From Candidatus Woesearchaeota archaeon (GTDB lineage Archaea; Nanobdellota; Nanobdellia; Woesearchaeales; GW2011-AR15): a DNA stretch of 64,000 nt. Positions 46,903-54,671 of this stretch are shown in pieces. The position numbers and the translations under genes were made by a program. Position 1 is the stretch's first letter; the number at the start of each line of letters is the position of its first letter. The notes beneath the pieces were generated by a model, which saw only the letters and a program-made list of their open reading frames with translations, was not told the origin of the DNA and did not search any database. The DNA lies in NCBI GenBank assembly GCA_016935095.1, contig JAFGRO010000003.1, positions 5,702-69,701 on the forward strand, given 5' to 3'.

Positions 46903-47313
46903 TTATTGTATTATTTTACCATGAGGACATTTTCTTGGATTATTGAGCAAAATATCTATTTTCCTAATTGATTCCTCTGAGAAAGCATGTTCAAGTCGAT
47001 GTGCTTCTTTATTAAGTTTTTTTAAGTCTTTATATTTTAAAATCACCTGTAAAAAAACACTTATAACTCTAAAATTTTTTGTTAGTCTTTTTGCTTTTGT
47101 AAATCCTTTTTTTGTAAAAAAAATATTTGAATATGGAAAGTATTTAATGTATTTTTTTTCCCTTATTTTTTTTAACATCTCAGAAACACTTGCCTTGGAT
47201 ACATTTAATGATTGAGCAATATCAATTGACCTCACTCCTTTAAGTTTATTATCTTTTTCCTCATATAACATATATATAGTTCTTAAATAATCTTCAAAAG
47301 ATTTTTTTCTCAT
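46903..47313 (-). CDS. DtxR/MntR family metal-dependent repressor
   Basis: EDYLRTIYML, wHTH IAQSLNVSKASVSEMLKKI, dimerisation helix RLEHAFS. Confidence 0.85.
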   Translation of the reverse strand: MRKKSFEDYLRTIYMLYEEKDNKLKGVRSIDIAQSLNVSKASVSEMLKKIREKKYIKYFPYSNIFFTKKGFTKAKRLTKNFRVISVFLQVILKYKDLKKLNKEAHRLEHAFSEESIRKIDILLNNPRKCPHGKIIQ

Positions 47314-47316
47314 AAA

Positions 47317-47336
47317 AAGTTAGGTAAACCTAACTT
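47317..47336. promoter_or_regulatory. 9-2-9 palindromic operator (AAGTTAGGT-AA-ACCTAACTT) 4 nt upstream of the dtxR-like start
   Basis: Perfect 9-bp arms; contains TTAGGT/ACCTAA hexamers; TTTAAATA TATA box immediately upstream on the minus strand. Confidence 0.5.
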
Positions 47337-47400
47337 ATATTTAAAGGTTTGCATAATTTGTAAAAAATTCTATTTTTTATTTTCATACTCTAATAAAAAA

Positions 47401-47418
47401 CCAAAAATTATATAAATA
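47401..47418 (+). promoter_or_regulatory. BRE/TATA promoter of the DUF134 operon (leaderless)
   Basis: CCAAAAATTATATAAATA, about 25 nt before ATG 47440. Confidence 0.4.
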
Positions 47419-47420
47419 AG

Positions 47421-47440
47421 TTATGAATACTTATTCATAA
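47421..47440. promoter_or_regulatory. 9-2-9 palindrome (TTATGAATA-CT-TATTCATAA) between TATA and ATG of the DUF134 gene
   Basis: Perfect 9-bp arms ending on the A of the start codon. Confidence 0.4.
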
Positions 47441-47961
47441 TGGTTAGGCCAAAAAGATTCAGGTTCATTGGAAGAAAACCAACCATTGACTATTTTAAAC
47501 CCAGAGGAATACCTCTCTCAGAACTGCAAGAGATTAATCTTACACATGAAGAGTATGAAGCTCTCAGACTAAAAGAAATTGGAAATTATGATCAAAAAAA
47601 AGCCGCAGAACTTATGAACATTTCCCAGCCAACTTATTCAAGAATCTTGGATTCAGCAAGAAAAAAAGTGGCTGATGCAATAATCAACGGAAAAGTACTA
47701 AAAATTGAAGGAGGAGTTTTTAAAATGGTGCAAAGAAAATTTAAATGCTTTCAGTGCCAGCTTGAATGGGAGGTTGCTTTTGGAACAGGCAGACCAAGTA
47801 AATGCCCGAATTGCCAAAGTACAAACATACATAGAGTAAATGTTGAAACAAGTGGCTTTGGACATCATGGCAGAGGCGGAATGGGAAAAGGCAAAGGATC
47901 TTCTCAAACAGGACAAGGTATGGGTCAAGATGGACAAAGAAGAGGACAAAGGTTTAGATAA
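47440..47961 (+). CDS. DUF134 (UPF0251) HTH regulator fused to Zn-ribbon and Gly/Arg-rich tail
   Basis: MVRPKRFRFIG..P..DYFKPRGIP..L..EEYEALRLKE, HTH MNISQPTYSRIL; CFQC..CPNC; GHHGRGGMGKGKG..RRGQRFR. Confidence 0.85.
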   Translation: MVRPKRFRFIGRKPTIDYFKPRGIPLSELQEINLTHEEYEALRLKEIGNYDQKKAAELMNISQPTYSRILDSARKKVADAIINGKVLKIEGGVFKMVQRKFKCFQCQLEWEVAFGTGRPSKCPNCQSTNIHRVNVETSGFGHHGRGGMGKGKGSSQTGQGMGQDGQRRGQRFR

Positions 47962-47963
47962 AA

Positions 47964-48701
47964 ATGCTAATTAAAAATAAAATATTGGTAATGAGCGGGA
48001 AAGGAGGAGTTGGCAAATCAACTGTTGCTGTAAATTTAGCATACAGCTTATCTCTTAAAAATCATAAAGTTGGATTATTGGATATTGATATCCATGGACC
48101 AAATATACCAAAAATGCTTAATTTAGAAAAGGATAAACTTATGAATAAAAATAATAAGATCTTTCCGATATCAGCAAAAAATAATCTTAAAGTAATGTCA
48201 ATGGCCTTCATGCTACAAAATGATTATGATGCTATAATATGGAGAGGTCCTGCAAAACACGGTGTGATAAAACAATTTGTTCATGATGTTGAATGGGGTA
48301 ATTTAGATTATTTGATTGTTGATTTGCCTCCAGGAACAGGGGATGAGCCTTTAAGCATTGCTCAGATCTTAAATCCTGTTACTGGCTCAGTGATTGTTTC
48401 CACTCCGCAACAGGTTGCTCTGCTGGATGCCATGAAAGCTGTGACTTTTTCAAAAAAAATGAATGTACCAGTGATAGGTGTTATTGAAAACATGTCTGGA
48501 AACATATTTGGAAAAGGAGGGGCTGAAAAAGCCGCTAATAAATTAAAAGTGCCTTTTCTTGGAAGAATAAAATTAAATGAGCAGATTGTTAAATCAGGAG
48601 ATTCTGGAAAACCATTTGTTTTAGATAAGGAATTTGAAGAAACAGAATCATTTGAAAAAATTGTAAATAAAATTATAAAATTCGGAGGTACTGAAAAATG
48701 A
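47964..48701 (+). CDS. Mrp/NBP35/ApbC-family P-loop ATPase, entirely Cys-free
   Basis: Deviant Walker A SGKGGVGKST, DLPPGTGDE, GVIENMS; no CxxC, and no Cys anywhere in the 245 aa. Confidence 0.9.
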   Translation: MLIKNKILVMSGKGGVGKSTVAVNLAYSLSLKNHKVGLLDIDIHGPNIPKMLNLEKDKLMNKNNKIFPISAKNNLKVMSMAFMLQNDYDAIIWRGPAKHGVIKQFVHDVEWGNLDYLIVDLPPGTGDEPLSIAQILNPVTGSVIVSTPQQVALLDAMKAVTFSKKMNVPVIGVIENMSGNIFGKGGAEKAANKLKVPFLGRIKLNEQIVKSGDSGKPFVLDKEFEETESFEKIVNKIIKFGGTEK

Positions 48702-48713
48702 AAGATTTTTTGT

Positions 48714-48736
48714 ACCTCCTCAAATTAATCGGAGGT
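48714..48736 (+). promoter_or_regulatory. hairpin pairing an anti-SD (ACCTCC) with the SD (GGAGGT) of the DUF5320 gene
   Basis: ACCTCC-N11-GGAGGT; extends to GTACCTCC/GGAGGTGC with one mismatch; SD lies 9 nt before ATG 48746. Confidence 0.35.
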
Positions 48737-48745
48737 GCATGAAAA

Positions 48746-49093
48746 ATGCCAGGATTTGATAGAACAGGACCTCATGGAGAAGGTCCAATGACAGGAGGAG
48801 GGTTTGGTTATTGTACAGGTAATGTACAACCCGGAACAAGAACATTTAGTAGAGGCGGTGGATTTGGAAGAAGAACCCCTGGAACAGGAGGAAGAGGAAG
48901 AGGCTATAGAAACAGGTTTTTAGCCACAGGCATTCCAAGATGGGGAATCAACCAGCAACCTATCCAGCAACAACAGGTGCAAATTGACAAAAATCAAGAA
49001 ATGCAGGATTTGGAAAACGAAAAAAAAGCACTAGAAAATGAATTAGAAGCAATAAAAAAAAGGCAGGAAGAATTGAAAAACAGGAGTGATTAA
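48746..49093 (+). CDS. DUF5320 family protein (Gly/Arg-rich N-terminus, coiled-coil C-terminus)
   Basis: MPGFDRTGPHGEGPMTGGGFGYCTG signature; RGGGFGRR..GGRGRGYRNR; C-terminal ENEKKALENELEAIKKRQEEL. Confidence 0.75.
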   Translation: MPGFDRTGPHGEGPMTGGGFGYCTGNVQPGTRTFSRGGGFGRRTPGTGGRGRGYRNRFLATGIPRWGINQQPIQQQQVQIDKNQEMQDLENEKKALENELEAIKKRQEELKNRSD

Positions 49094-49094
49094 A

Positions 49095-49244
49095 ATGCCA
49101 GGAAAAGGTCGTCAAGGTGGATTTGCATTAGGACCTGGAGGGGATTGTGTGTGCCCGAAGTGTGGATACAGAACCACTCACCAAAGAGGCACTCCATGTT
49201 ATTCAATAAAATGCCCAAAATGCGGGGAAAACATGACAAGGTAG
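49095..49244 (+). CDS. small Gly-rich double-CxxC zinc-ribbon protein (49 aa)
   Basis: Below the ORF-track cutoff; MPGKGRQGGFALGPGGDCVCPKCG...CPKCGENMTR; starts 1 nt after the previous stop. Confidence 0.6.
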   Translation: MPGKGRQGGFALGPGGDCVCPKCGYRTTHQRGTPCYSIKCPKCGENMTR

Positions 49245-49284
49245 AAATAAAAAGACAGTTTATTAAAATAAAGGAGGTTTAGAA

Positions 49285-49653
49285 ATGAAAATTGTAATTA
49301 GCTCAAATGGAGAATCATTAGAGTCAGATGTAGACATGAGATTCGGCAGATGTAAGTATTTTATTGTAGTTGAAACTGAAAACAAAGAAATAAAAAATTT
49401 TTCAGCCGTTGAAAATCAAGGCGCGTTGCAGGGGCATGGTGCAGGAATAAAAGCGGCTGAACAAATTGGAGAGTTAAAAGCTAATGCAATCATCACAGGA
49501 AATCTTGGACCTAATGCTTCAACAGTTTTAAATCAATTAAATATTGATTGTTATCAGGCAATAGGCACTGTTAAAGATGCTGTAAATAATCTTCTGCAGG
49601 GAAAATTAAAAAAAATTAATTCAATTGTCCAAAAGCATTTTGGCATGAGATAA
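49285..49653 (+). CDS. NifB/NifX-like (dinitrogenase FeMo-cofactor-binding fold) domain protein
   Basis: AGGAGGT SD; FGRCKYFIVVE..GHGAGIKAAEQI..NAIITGNLGPNA. Confidence 0.85.
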   Translation: MKIVISSNGESLESDVDMRFGRCKYFIVVETENKEIKNFSAVENQGALQGHGAGIKAAEQIGELKANAIITGNLGPNASTVLNQLNIDCYQAIGTVKDAVNNLLQGKLKKINSIVQKHFGMR

Positions 49654-49665
49654 TGAGGTGAAAAA

Positions 49666-50043
49666 ATGAAAATTGCAATTTCAACAGATTCAGGAAGAGT
49701 ATCTCAACATTTTGGCAGATGCCCACAATTCACAATAGTTAGCATTGAAAATAATAAACTATTAAAAAAAGAGGTAATTGACAACCCAGGGCATAGTACT
49801 GGATCCCTGCCAAAATATTTTAATGAAATTGGTGTAAATTGTGTAATTGCAGGAGGTGCCGGGAGGAGAGCCCAGAATTTTTTCAAGGAGTATAACATAG
49901 AATTGATTCTTGGAATAAGTGGCAACATTGAAAATGTAATTAATAATTTATTAGAGGGATCACTAAAAGGAGGAGAGAGTTCATGTTCCCCTGGAAAAGG
50001 AAGAGGATATGGTTTTGATAAAGAAGATGGACACCATCATTAA
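49666..50043 (+). CDS. NifB/NifX-like domain protein with Cys/His-rich tail
   Basis: HFGRCPQFTIVSIE..NCVIAGGAGRRA; tail GGESSCSPGKGRGYGFDKEDGHHH. Confidence 0.85.
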   Translation: MKIAISTDSGRVSQHFGRCPQFTIVSIENNKLLKKEVIDNPGHSTGSLPKYFNEIGVNCVIAGGAGRRAQNFFKEYNIELILGISGNIENVINNLLEGSLKGGESSCSPGKGRGYGFDKEDGHHH

Positions 50044-50086
50044 ATTTGTTTTATATTTTAAATAATTGTTTGATTACATCTAACTT

Positions 50087-50689
50087 ATGTTCAAAATGGG
50101 AACCTATCTAAAATCATGCCAATCAGAGTTTTGGAAGAGTGTATTTAAAAAGGAGTTAGAGTATTTAGTTAAAGAATTAAATGCTTGCAAAGAGGTACTT
50201 AGTGTTGAATGTGGTCCAGCAATCATAGAAGGAGAGTTACAGGAATATGGAATTAATGTAACTGGTTTGGATGTATCTAAGGAAGCATTAGAAGGAATTC
50301 CAAACAATATAATAAAAATAGTTGTTACAGCAGAATATATGGATATCTCAGATTTAAGTTATGATGCTGTTATTTATGTCGTATCTTTACAGTTCATTGA
50401 AAATTATAAAAAAGCTGTTAAAGAAACAGCACGTGTTCCTAGATCTAAAGGAAAAATAATTATAATGCTATTGAATCCAAACACAGGTTTTTTTAAAGAA
50501 AGAGCAAAAAAGAATAATTCATATGTTAATAAAATTAAGCACACAAATTTAAGTAAAATAAAAAGAATAATTTCCAAATAATTCTCTGTTCAAACAGAGT
50601 ATTAATTAGGCATTTCAAAACAACAAATATTTGAAAGTCATAATTCCAAGTTAGCTAGTTTATATATAATAAAAGGTGTTAAAAAATAA
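50087..50689 (+). pseudogene. class I SAM-methyltransferase remnant (degenerate motif I, two in-frame TAA stops)
   Basis: VLSVECGPA replaces the VLDVGCGTG-type motif; the frame continues past TAA 50579 and TAA 50603 as FSVQTEY*LGISKQQIFESHNSKLASLYIIKGVKK*. Confidence 0.45.
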
Positions 50690-50725
50690 ATTATAAAGGC
50701 AATTTAAAACAGGGAGGAATTAAAA

Positions 50726-50914
50726 ATGGAAGAAGATTATTGGTTAAGATATGGACTAAAAGAAGACGGCAGATTAATTTGCACAAGGGTTATTTCAAAA
50801 ACAAAACCATCTAAAACATTTTTCTATACAGAAAATGGAACTAACAAAGAAGTCAAAAATGCTGAAATTATAAAATTAAGTTTAGAAAACTTAAATGTGT
50901 TATCAGGGAAATAA
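50726..50914 (+). CDS. hypothetical 62-aa protein
   Basis: GGGAGG SD 8 nt upstream; first gene after a TATA-like TTTATATATAA at 50660-50670. Confidence 0.45.
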   Translation: MEEDYWLRYGLKEDGRLICTRVISKTKPSKTFFYTENGTNKEVKNAEIIKLSLENLNVLSGK

Positions 50915-50916
50915 AC

Positions 50917-51657
50917 ATGTTTAATAACTATGTTTTTTATTCTTCATTATTAGCAAGCATCATAGCTTGTGTTGTTACAACTATTGGAATTTATGTAATC
51001 AATAATTATAAAAAATGGGGGTTAAAAAACATAAATTATTTTATTTGCTTTGCCGCGGGTGTTCTGATATCTGTTTCATTTCTTCATATTATTCCTAAAT
51101 CTTTTGAAATGAGTAAAGATGCTCCTATTTATCTATTAGTGGGATTTTTTTTATTATTTTTGCTGAATAGATTCTTCAAATTATTTTTGTGCAATAAAAG
51201 TGATAGCATAAACTATTGTTTTGGATTGATTCCAATGATAGGAATTGGCTTTCATTCATTTATTGATGGGATAATATATTCTATAACATTCAATGTTCAT
51301 ATATTTACTGGAATAATGGCTGCTATAGGAATGATTTTTCATGAATTTCCTGAAGGCATCGTTACTTATGTTCTTCTTTTAAAATCCGGGTTTAACAGGA
51401 AAAAATCATTAATATATTCTTTTTCTGCAGCAGCTGTAACAACACCACTTGGAATGTTATTATCCTATCCGTTTATATCCAATTTAGATACCGGCCTTCT
51501 TGGAAAGTTTCTCTCACTTTCAGCTGGAGCATTGATATATATTGGCACAACACATTTGTTGCCAGAAGCTGAAAAAGAGAGCAAAAAATATAACCTGCTT
51601 GCACTGGCTGCCGGGATACTTGTTGCAATTGTTATAATTCTATCAAAAAGAGGATAA
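50917..51657 (+). CDS. ZIP family metal transporter (ZupT-like)
   Basis: 8 TM; HSFIDGI and FHEFPEGI signature motifs. Confidence 0.9.
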   Translation: MFNNYVFYSSLLASIIACVVTTIGIYVINNYKKWGLKNINYFICFAAGVLISVSFLHIIPKSFEMSKDAPIYLLVGFFLLFLLNRFFKLFLCNKSDSINYCFGLIPMIGIGFHSFIDGIIYSITFNVHIFTGIMAAIGMIFHEFPEGIVTYVLLLKSGFNRKKSLIYSFSAAAVTTPLGMLLSYPFISNLDTGLLGKFLSLSAGALIYIGTTHLLPEAEKESKKYNLLALAAGILVAIVIILSKRG

Positions 51658-51662
51658 TTAAA

Positions 51663-52517
51663 ATGAAGACCTATCTAGAATGTCTGCCTTGTTTTTTAAA
51701 CCAGGCTATAAATGTAATGAATTTGAATCATCTGGATGATTTTACTAAGCAAAAGGTTATAAAAGAACTAATGATTAAATTGTCAACTGTTGATTTAAAC
51801 AAAAAACCTCCTGAATTTGCAATATTTGTTTATAAAGTCATTTCAGAAATAACAGGAAATAATGATCTTTACAAAGAAATTAAAATAAAAGATAACAACC
51901 ATGCAATTAGTCTGTTGCCAGAGATTAAAAACATTATAAAAAAAACAGATGACAAATTACTTTCAACAATTAAAGTAGCAATTGCAGGTAATATAATGGA
52001 CTTTGTAGCTAATTCAGACTACAACCTAAAAAAAACAGTAGAGGAAGTTATTAAGTCAGATTTTGCAATAAATGATTATAAAAAATTAAAGATAGAAATT
52101 ATTAATGCTAATTCAATAGCATATTTAGCTGATAATTCCGGAGAAATTGTTTTTGATAGACTTCTTGTAAATGAGATTAGAAAACTAAACAAATGTAAAA
52201 TATATTTTTTTGTAAGAGACAGACCAATTGTCAATGACGCAACAAAAAGTGATGCAGAATTTATTGGGATTGATAAAATAGAGAATTTTGAAATAAGAGA
52301 AATTAGAGGTGGATTCCCGAATATATCTTCTATAGAAGATGACCTTGTTAAATTCATTAAAAAAGTTGACTTAGCAATAAGTAAAGGACAAGCTAATTAT
52401 GAATCCTTAAGTGAGATTAAGGCTAATATTTATTTTTTATTAATAACTAAATGCTCTGTAATTGCACGTGATCTTGGTGTTAATAAAGGAGACATTATAA
52501 TCAAAGGTAAAAAATGA
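51663..52517 (+). CDS. DUF89 (ARMT1-like damage-control phosphatase) family protein
   Basis: N-terminal CLPCFLNQ motif; DNSGEIVFD; KGQANYE. Confidence 0.8.
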   Translation: MKTYLECLPCFLNQAINVMNLNHLDDFTKQKVIKELMIKLSTVDLNKKPPEFAIFVYKVISEITGNNDLYKEIKIKDNNHAISLLPEIKNIIKKTDDKLLSTIKVAIAGNIMDFVANSDYNLKKTVEEVIKSDFAINDYKKLKIEIINANSIAYLADNSGEIVFDRLLVNEIRKLNKCKIYFFVRDRPIVNDATKSDAEFIGIDKIENFEIREIRGGFPNISSIEDDLVKFIKKVDLAISKGQANYESLSEIKANIYFLLITKCSVIARDLGVNKGDIIIKGKK

Positions 52518-53470
52518 AGATTTACGGACCAGTACCATCTTGGAGATTAGGAAATTCATTAGGAGCAGACATAGTTGAAGCCCCGAAAAGTTACTGCAAA
52601 ATCTGCTCATTTGACTGCGTGTACTGCCAATTAGGAGATACAGGGCTAAAAACAAACAAACCTGAGCAATATCCTGTCAGTGAAAAAGAGTTACAAATAT
52701 TGAAAAACAGAATTAAAGCAACAAAACCAGATTACATAACCTTTTCAGGACAAGGCGAGCCCACATTTAATCTGAATTTAGGCTATGTTGCAAAAAGAAT
52801 TAAAAAAATGACCAAGATTCCGGTAGCAGTGCTGACAAATGCCTCTTTTATAAAAAATGATTCGGTAAGACAAGGACTGAATCAATGTGATTTTGTTATT
52901 GCTAAGATTGATGCTCCTTCTCAGGAATTATTTGAAGCAATAAACCAACCTTCTCCAGGAATAATGCTCAAGGATATTATTAAAAGCATTACAAAACTTA
53001 AGACAAAAGTTGCGATTCAAACATTATTATTTACCTATAAAAACTTAACAAATGCTGATGATAAAACAATTAAACAATTAATTAAAATTTACAAACAGAT
53101 TAATGATGTAAAACCAACCACTGTATTTCTTGGAACCGCTTACAGACCAACTGACTTAAGAGGAATAATCTCAATAAAGGAACAAAGGCTCAAAGAAATA
53201 GCACATAAAATTAATTATGAAACAGGAATTGAAGTTATTTATTATAAAAAAAGTGAACCATTGTTAATAAGGAGAAAACCCAGGCCAGATGAATTGGAAA
53301 GAGAAATTATTACATTATTAGAAAGAAGACCATGTACTGAAGAGGAAATATCTACAAGGTTTGGTAAAGTTAATATCTCTTTATTGCTTGATGAATTAAT
53401 CAAGGGAAATATAATTGAAAAACGCAGGCAAAATAACAGAATTTATTATTTTGCAAAAAGCAGAGGTTAA
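52514..53470 (+). CDS. radical SAM protein with C-terminal winged-helix domain
   Basis: YGPVPSWRLGNSLG; CSFDCVYC (Cx3Cx2C); GEPT; 4-nt ATGA overlap with DUF89. Confidence 0.85.
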   Translation: MKIYGPVPSWRLGNSLGADIVEAPKSYCKICSFDCVYCQLGDTGLKTNKPEQYPVSEKELQILKNRIKATKPDYITFSGQGEPTFNLNLGYVAKRIKKMTKIPVAVLTNASFIKNDSVRQGLNQCDFVIAKIDAPSQELFEAINQPSPGIMLKDIIKSITKLKTKVAIQTLLFTYKNLTNADDKTIKQLIKIYKQINDVKPTTVFLGTAYRPTDLRGIISIKEQRLKEIAHKINYETGIEVIYYKKSEPLLIRRKPRPDELEREIITLLERRPCTEEEISTRFGKVNISLLLDELIKGNIIEKRRQNNRIYYFAKSRG

Positions 53471-53474
53471 AAAA

Positions 53475-53804
53475 ATGAAAAATGAAAGAGAAGTAAATGA
53501 CAATAATTTTGAAAAAGAAGTAGTTGAAAGGTCCAAAGAAATCCCTGTAGTAGTGGATTTCTGGGCTCCGTGGTGCATGCCATGCAGAATTTTAAGCCCA
53601 AGTTTAGAAAAATTGGCAAAGAAATATGAGAGGAAGTTTATCCTGGCAAAAATTGATGTCAATGAATATAAAGAAAAAGCCCGACAATATAAAATAATGA
53701 GTATTCCCTGTGTAAAGATGTTCAAAAACGGAAAAGTTGCAGATGAGTTCATTGGTTTTATTCCAGAAGATGAAGTCAAAGAATGGCTTGATAAAAATTT
53801 ATAG
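53475..53804 (+). CDS. trxA: thioredoxin (WCMPC active site)
   Basis: AGAGGT SD before ATG 53475; VVVDFWAPWCMPCR..IPCVKMFKNGK. Confidence 0.9.
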   Translation: MKNEREVNDNNFEKEVVERSKEIPVVVDFWAPWCMPCRILSPSLEKLAKKYERKFILAKIDVNEYKEKARQYKIMSIPCVKMFKNGKVADEFIGFIPEDEVKEWLDKNL

Positions 53805-53813
53805 ATATATAAA

Positions 53814-54671
53814 ATGAAAATAATACCTTTGGCATTTGACAGTCTTGGCACAAGATCAATGTGCACTTTTGTAGAAACAAAAGACGCCAAAATAATAATT
53901 GGCCCGAGCGTGGCTCTCGGCCCAAAAAGGTATAATCTGCCTCCTCATAAAAAAGAATTACAGAAATTAGAAAAGCATTGGAAAACAATAGTAAAATATG
54001 CAAAAATATCAGATATTTTAATAATCACTCATTATCATTATGACCACCATAATCCTGAGGAGTGTCTTGAGATGTACAAAAATAAAACAGTTTTGATCAA
54101 ACATCCTACTGAGAAGATAAACCTTAGCCAGAAAAAAAGAGCAAAGTATTTTCTGAACAAAATAAAAGGATTAGCAAAAAAAATAGAATATGCTGACAAA
54201 AACAAATTTAAATTTGGCAAAACAAAGATTGAATTTTCCCCTGCTGTAGAACACGGAACAAATTCAAAACTTGGTTATGTTACAGAAGTTTTAATAGATG
54301 ATGGTTATAAACTCATACACAGCTCAGATGTAGAAGGCCCTGCACTGGACAACCAGACAGATTTTATTTTAAAAAATAAGCCGAATCTATTAATATTAGA
54401 CGGGCCGCTTTCTTATATGCTGGGTTACAGGTATTCTTATGAAAGTCTGAATTCATCTATCAGAAACATGATTAAGATTATTAATAAGTGTCCATTAGAT
54501 TCCATAATAATAGACCACCATTTTCTTAGAGACCTGAAATGGAAAGAGCATCTATCAGAAGTTTTTAATGCTGCAGAGAAAAAAAAGATTAAACTACAAA
54601 CTGCTGCAGAATATGCCAGCAAAAAAATAAATACATTAGAAGCACATAGAAAGGAACTGTATAAAAAATGA
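53814..54671 (+). CDS. archaeal MBL-fold protein (UPF0282-like)
   Basis: IIPLAFDSLGTRSMCTFVETK..VALGPKRYNLPP..ITHYHYDHH. Confidence 0.65.
   Translation: MKIIPLAFDSLGTRSMCTFVETKDAKIIIGPSVALGPKRYNLPPHKKELQKLEKHWKTIVKYAKISDILIITHYHYDHHNPEECLEMYKNKTVLIKHPTEKINLSQKKRAKYFLNKIKGLAKKIEYADKNKFKFGKTKIEFSPAVEHGTNSKLGYVTEVLIDDGYKLIHSSDVEGPALDNQTDFILKNKPNLLILDGPLSYMLGYRYSYESLNSSIRNMIKIINKCPLDSIIIDHHFLRDLKWKEHLSEVFNAAEKKKIKLQTAAEYASKKINTLEAHRKELYKK

Noticed and set aside
49285-50043. Nitrogen fixation inferred from the two NifX/NifB-like ORFs
   Set aside because: Only the small FeMo-cofactor-binding-fold domain is present. No nifHDK/ENB genes are in the window. This domain is widespread in non-diazotrophs.
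53396-53890. 164-aa minus-strand ORF spanning the thioredoxin gene; also minus-strand ORFs 54589..54966, 47698..47949, 52076..52357 and plus-strand 56529..56720
   Set aside because: They are antisense or out of frame relative to genes with strong family signatures. Their translations are Ser/Leu/Phe-rich with no motifs.
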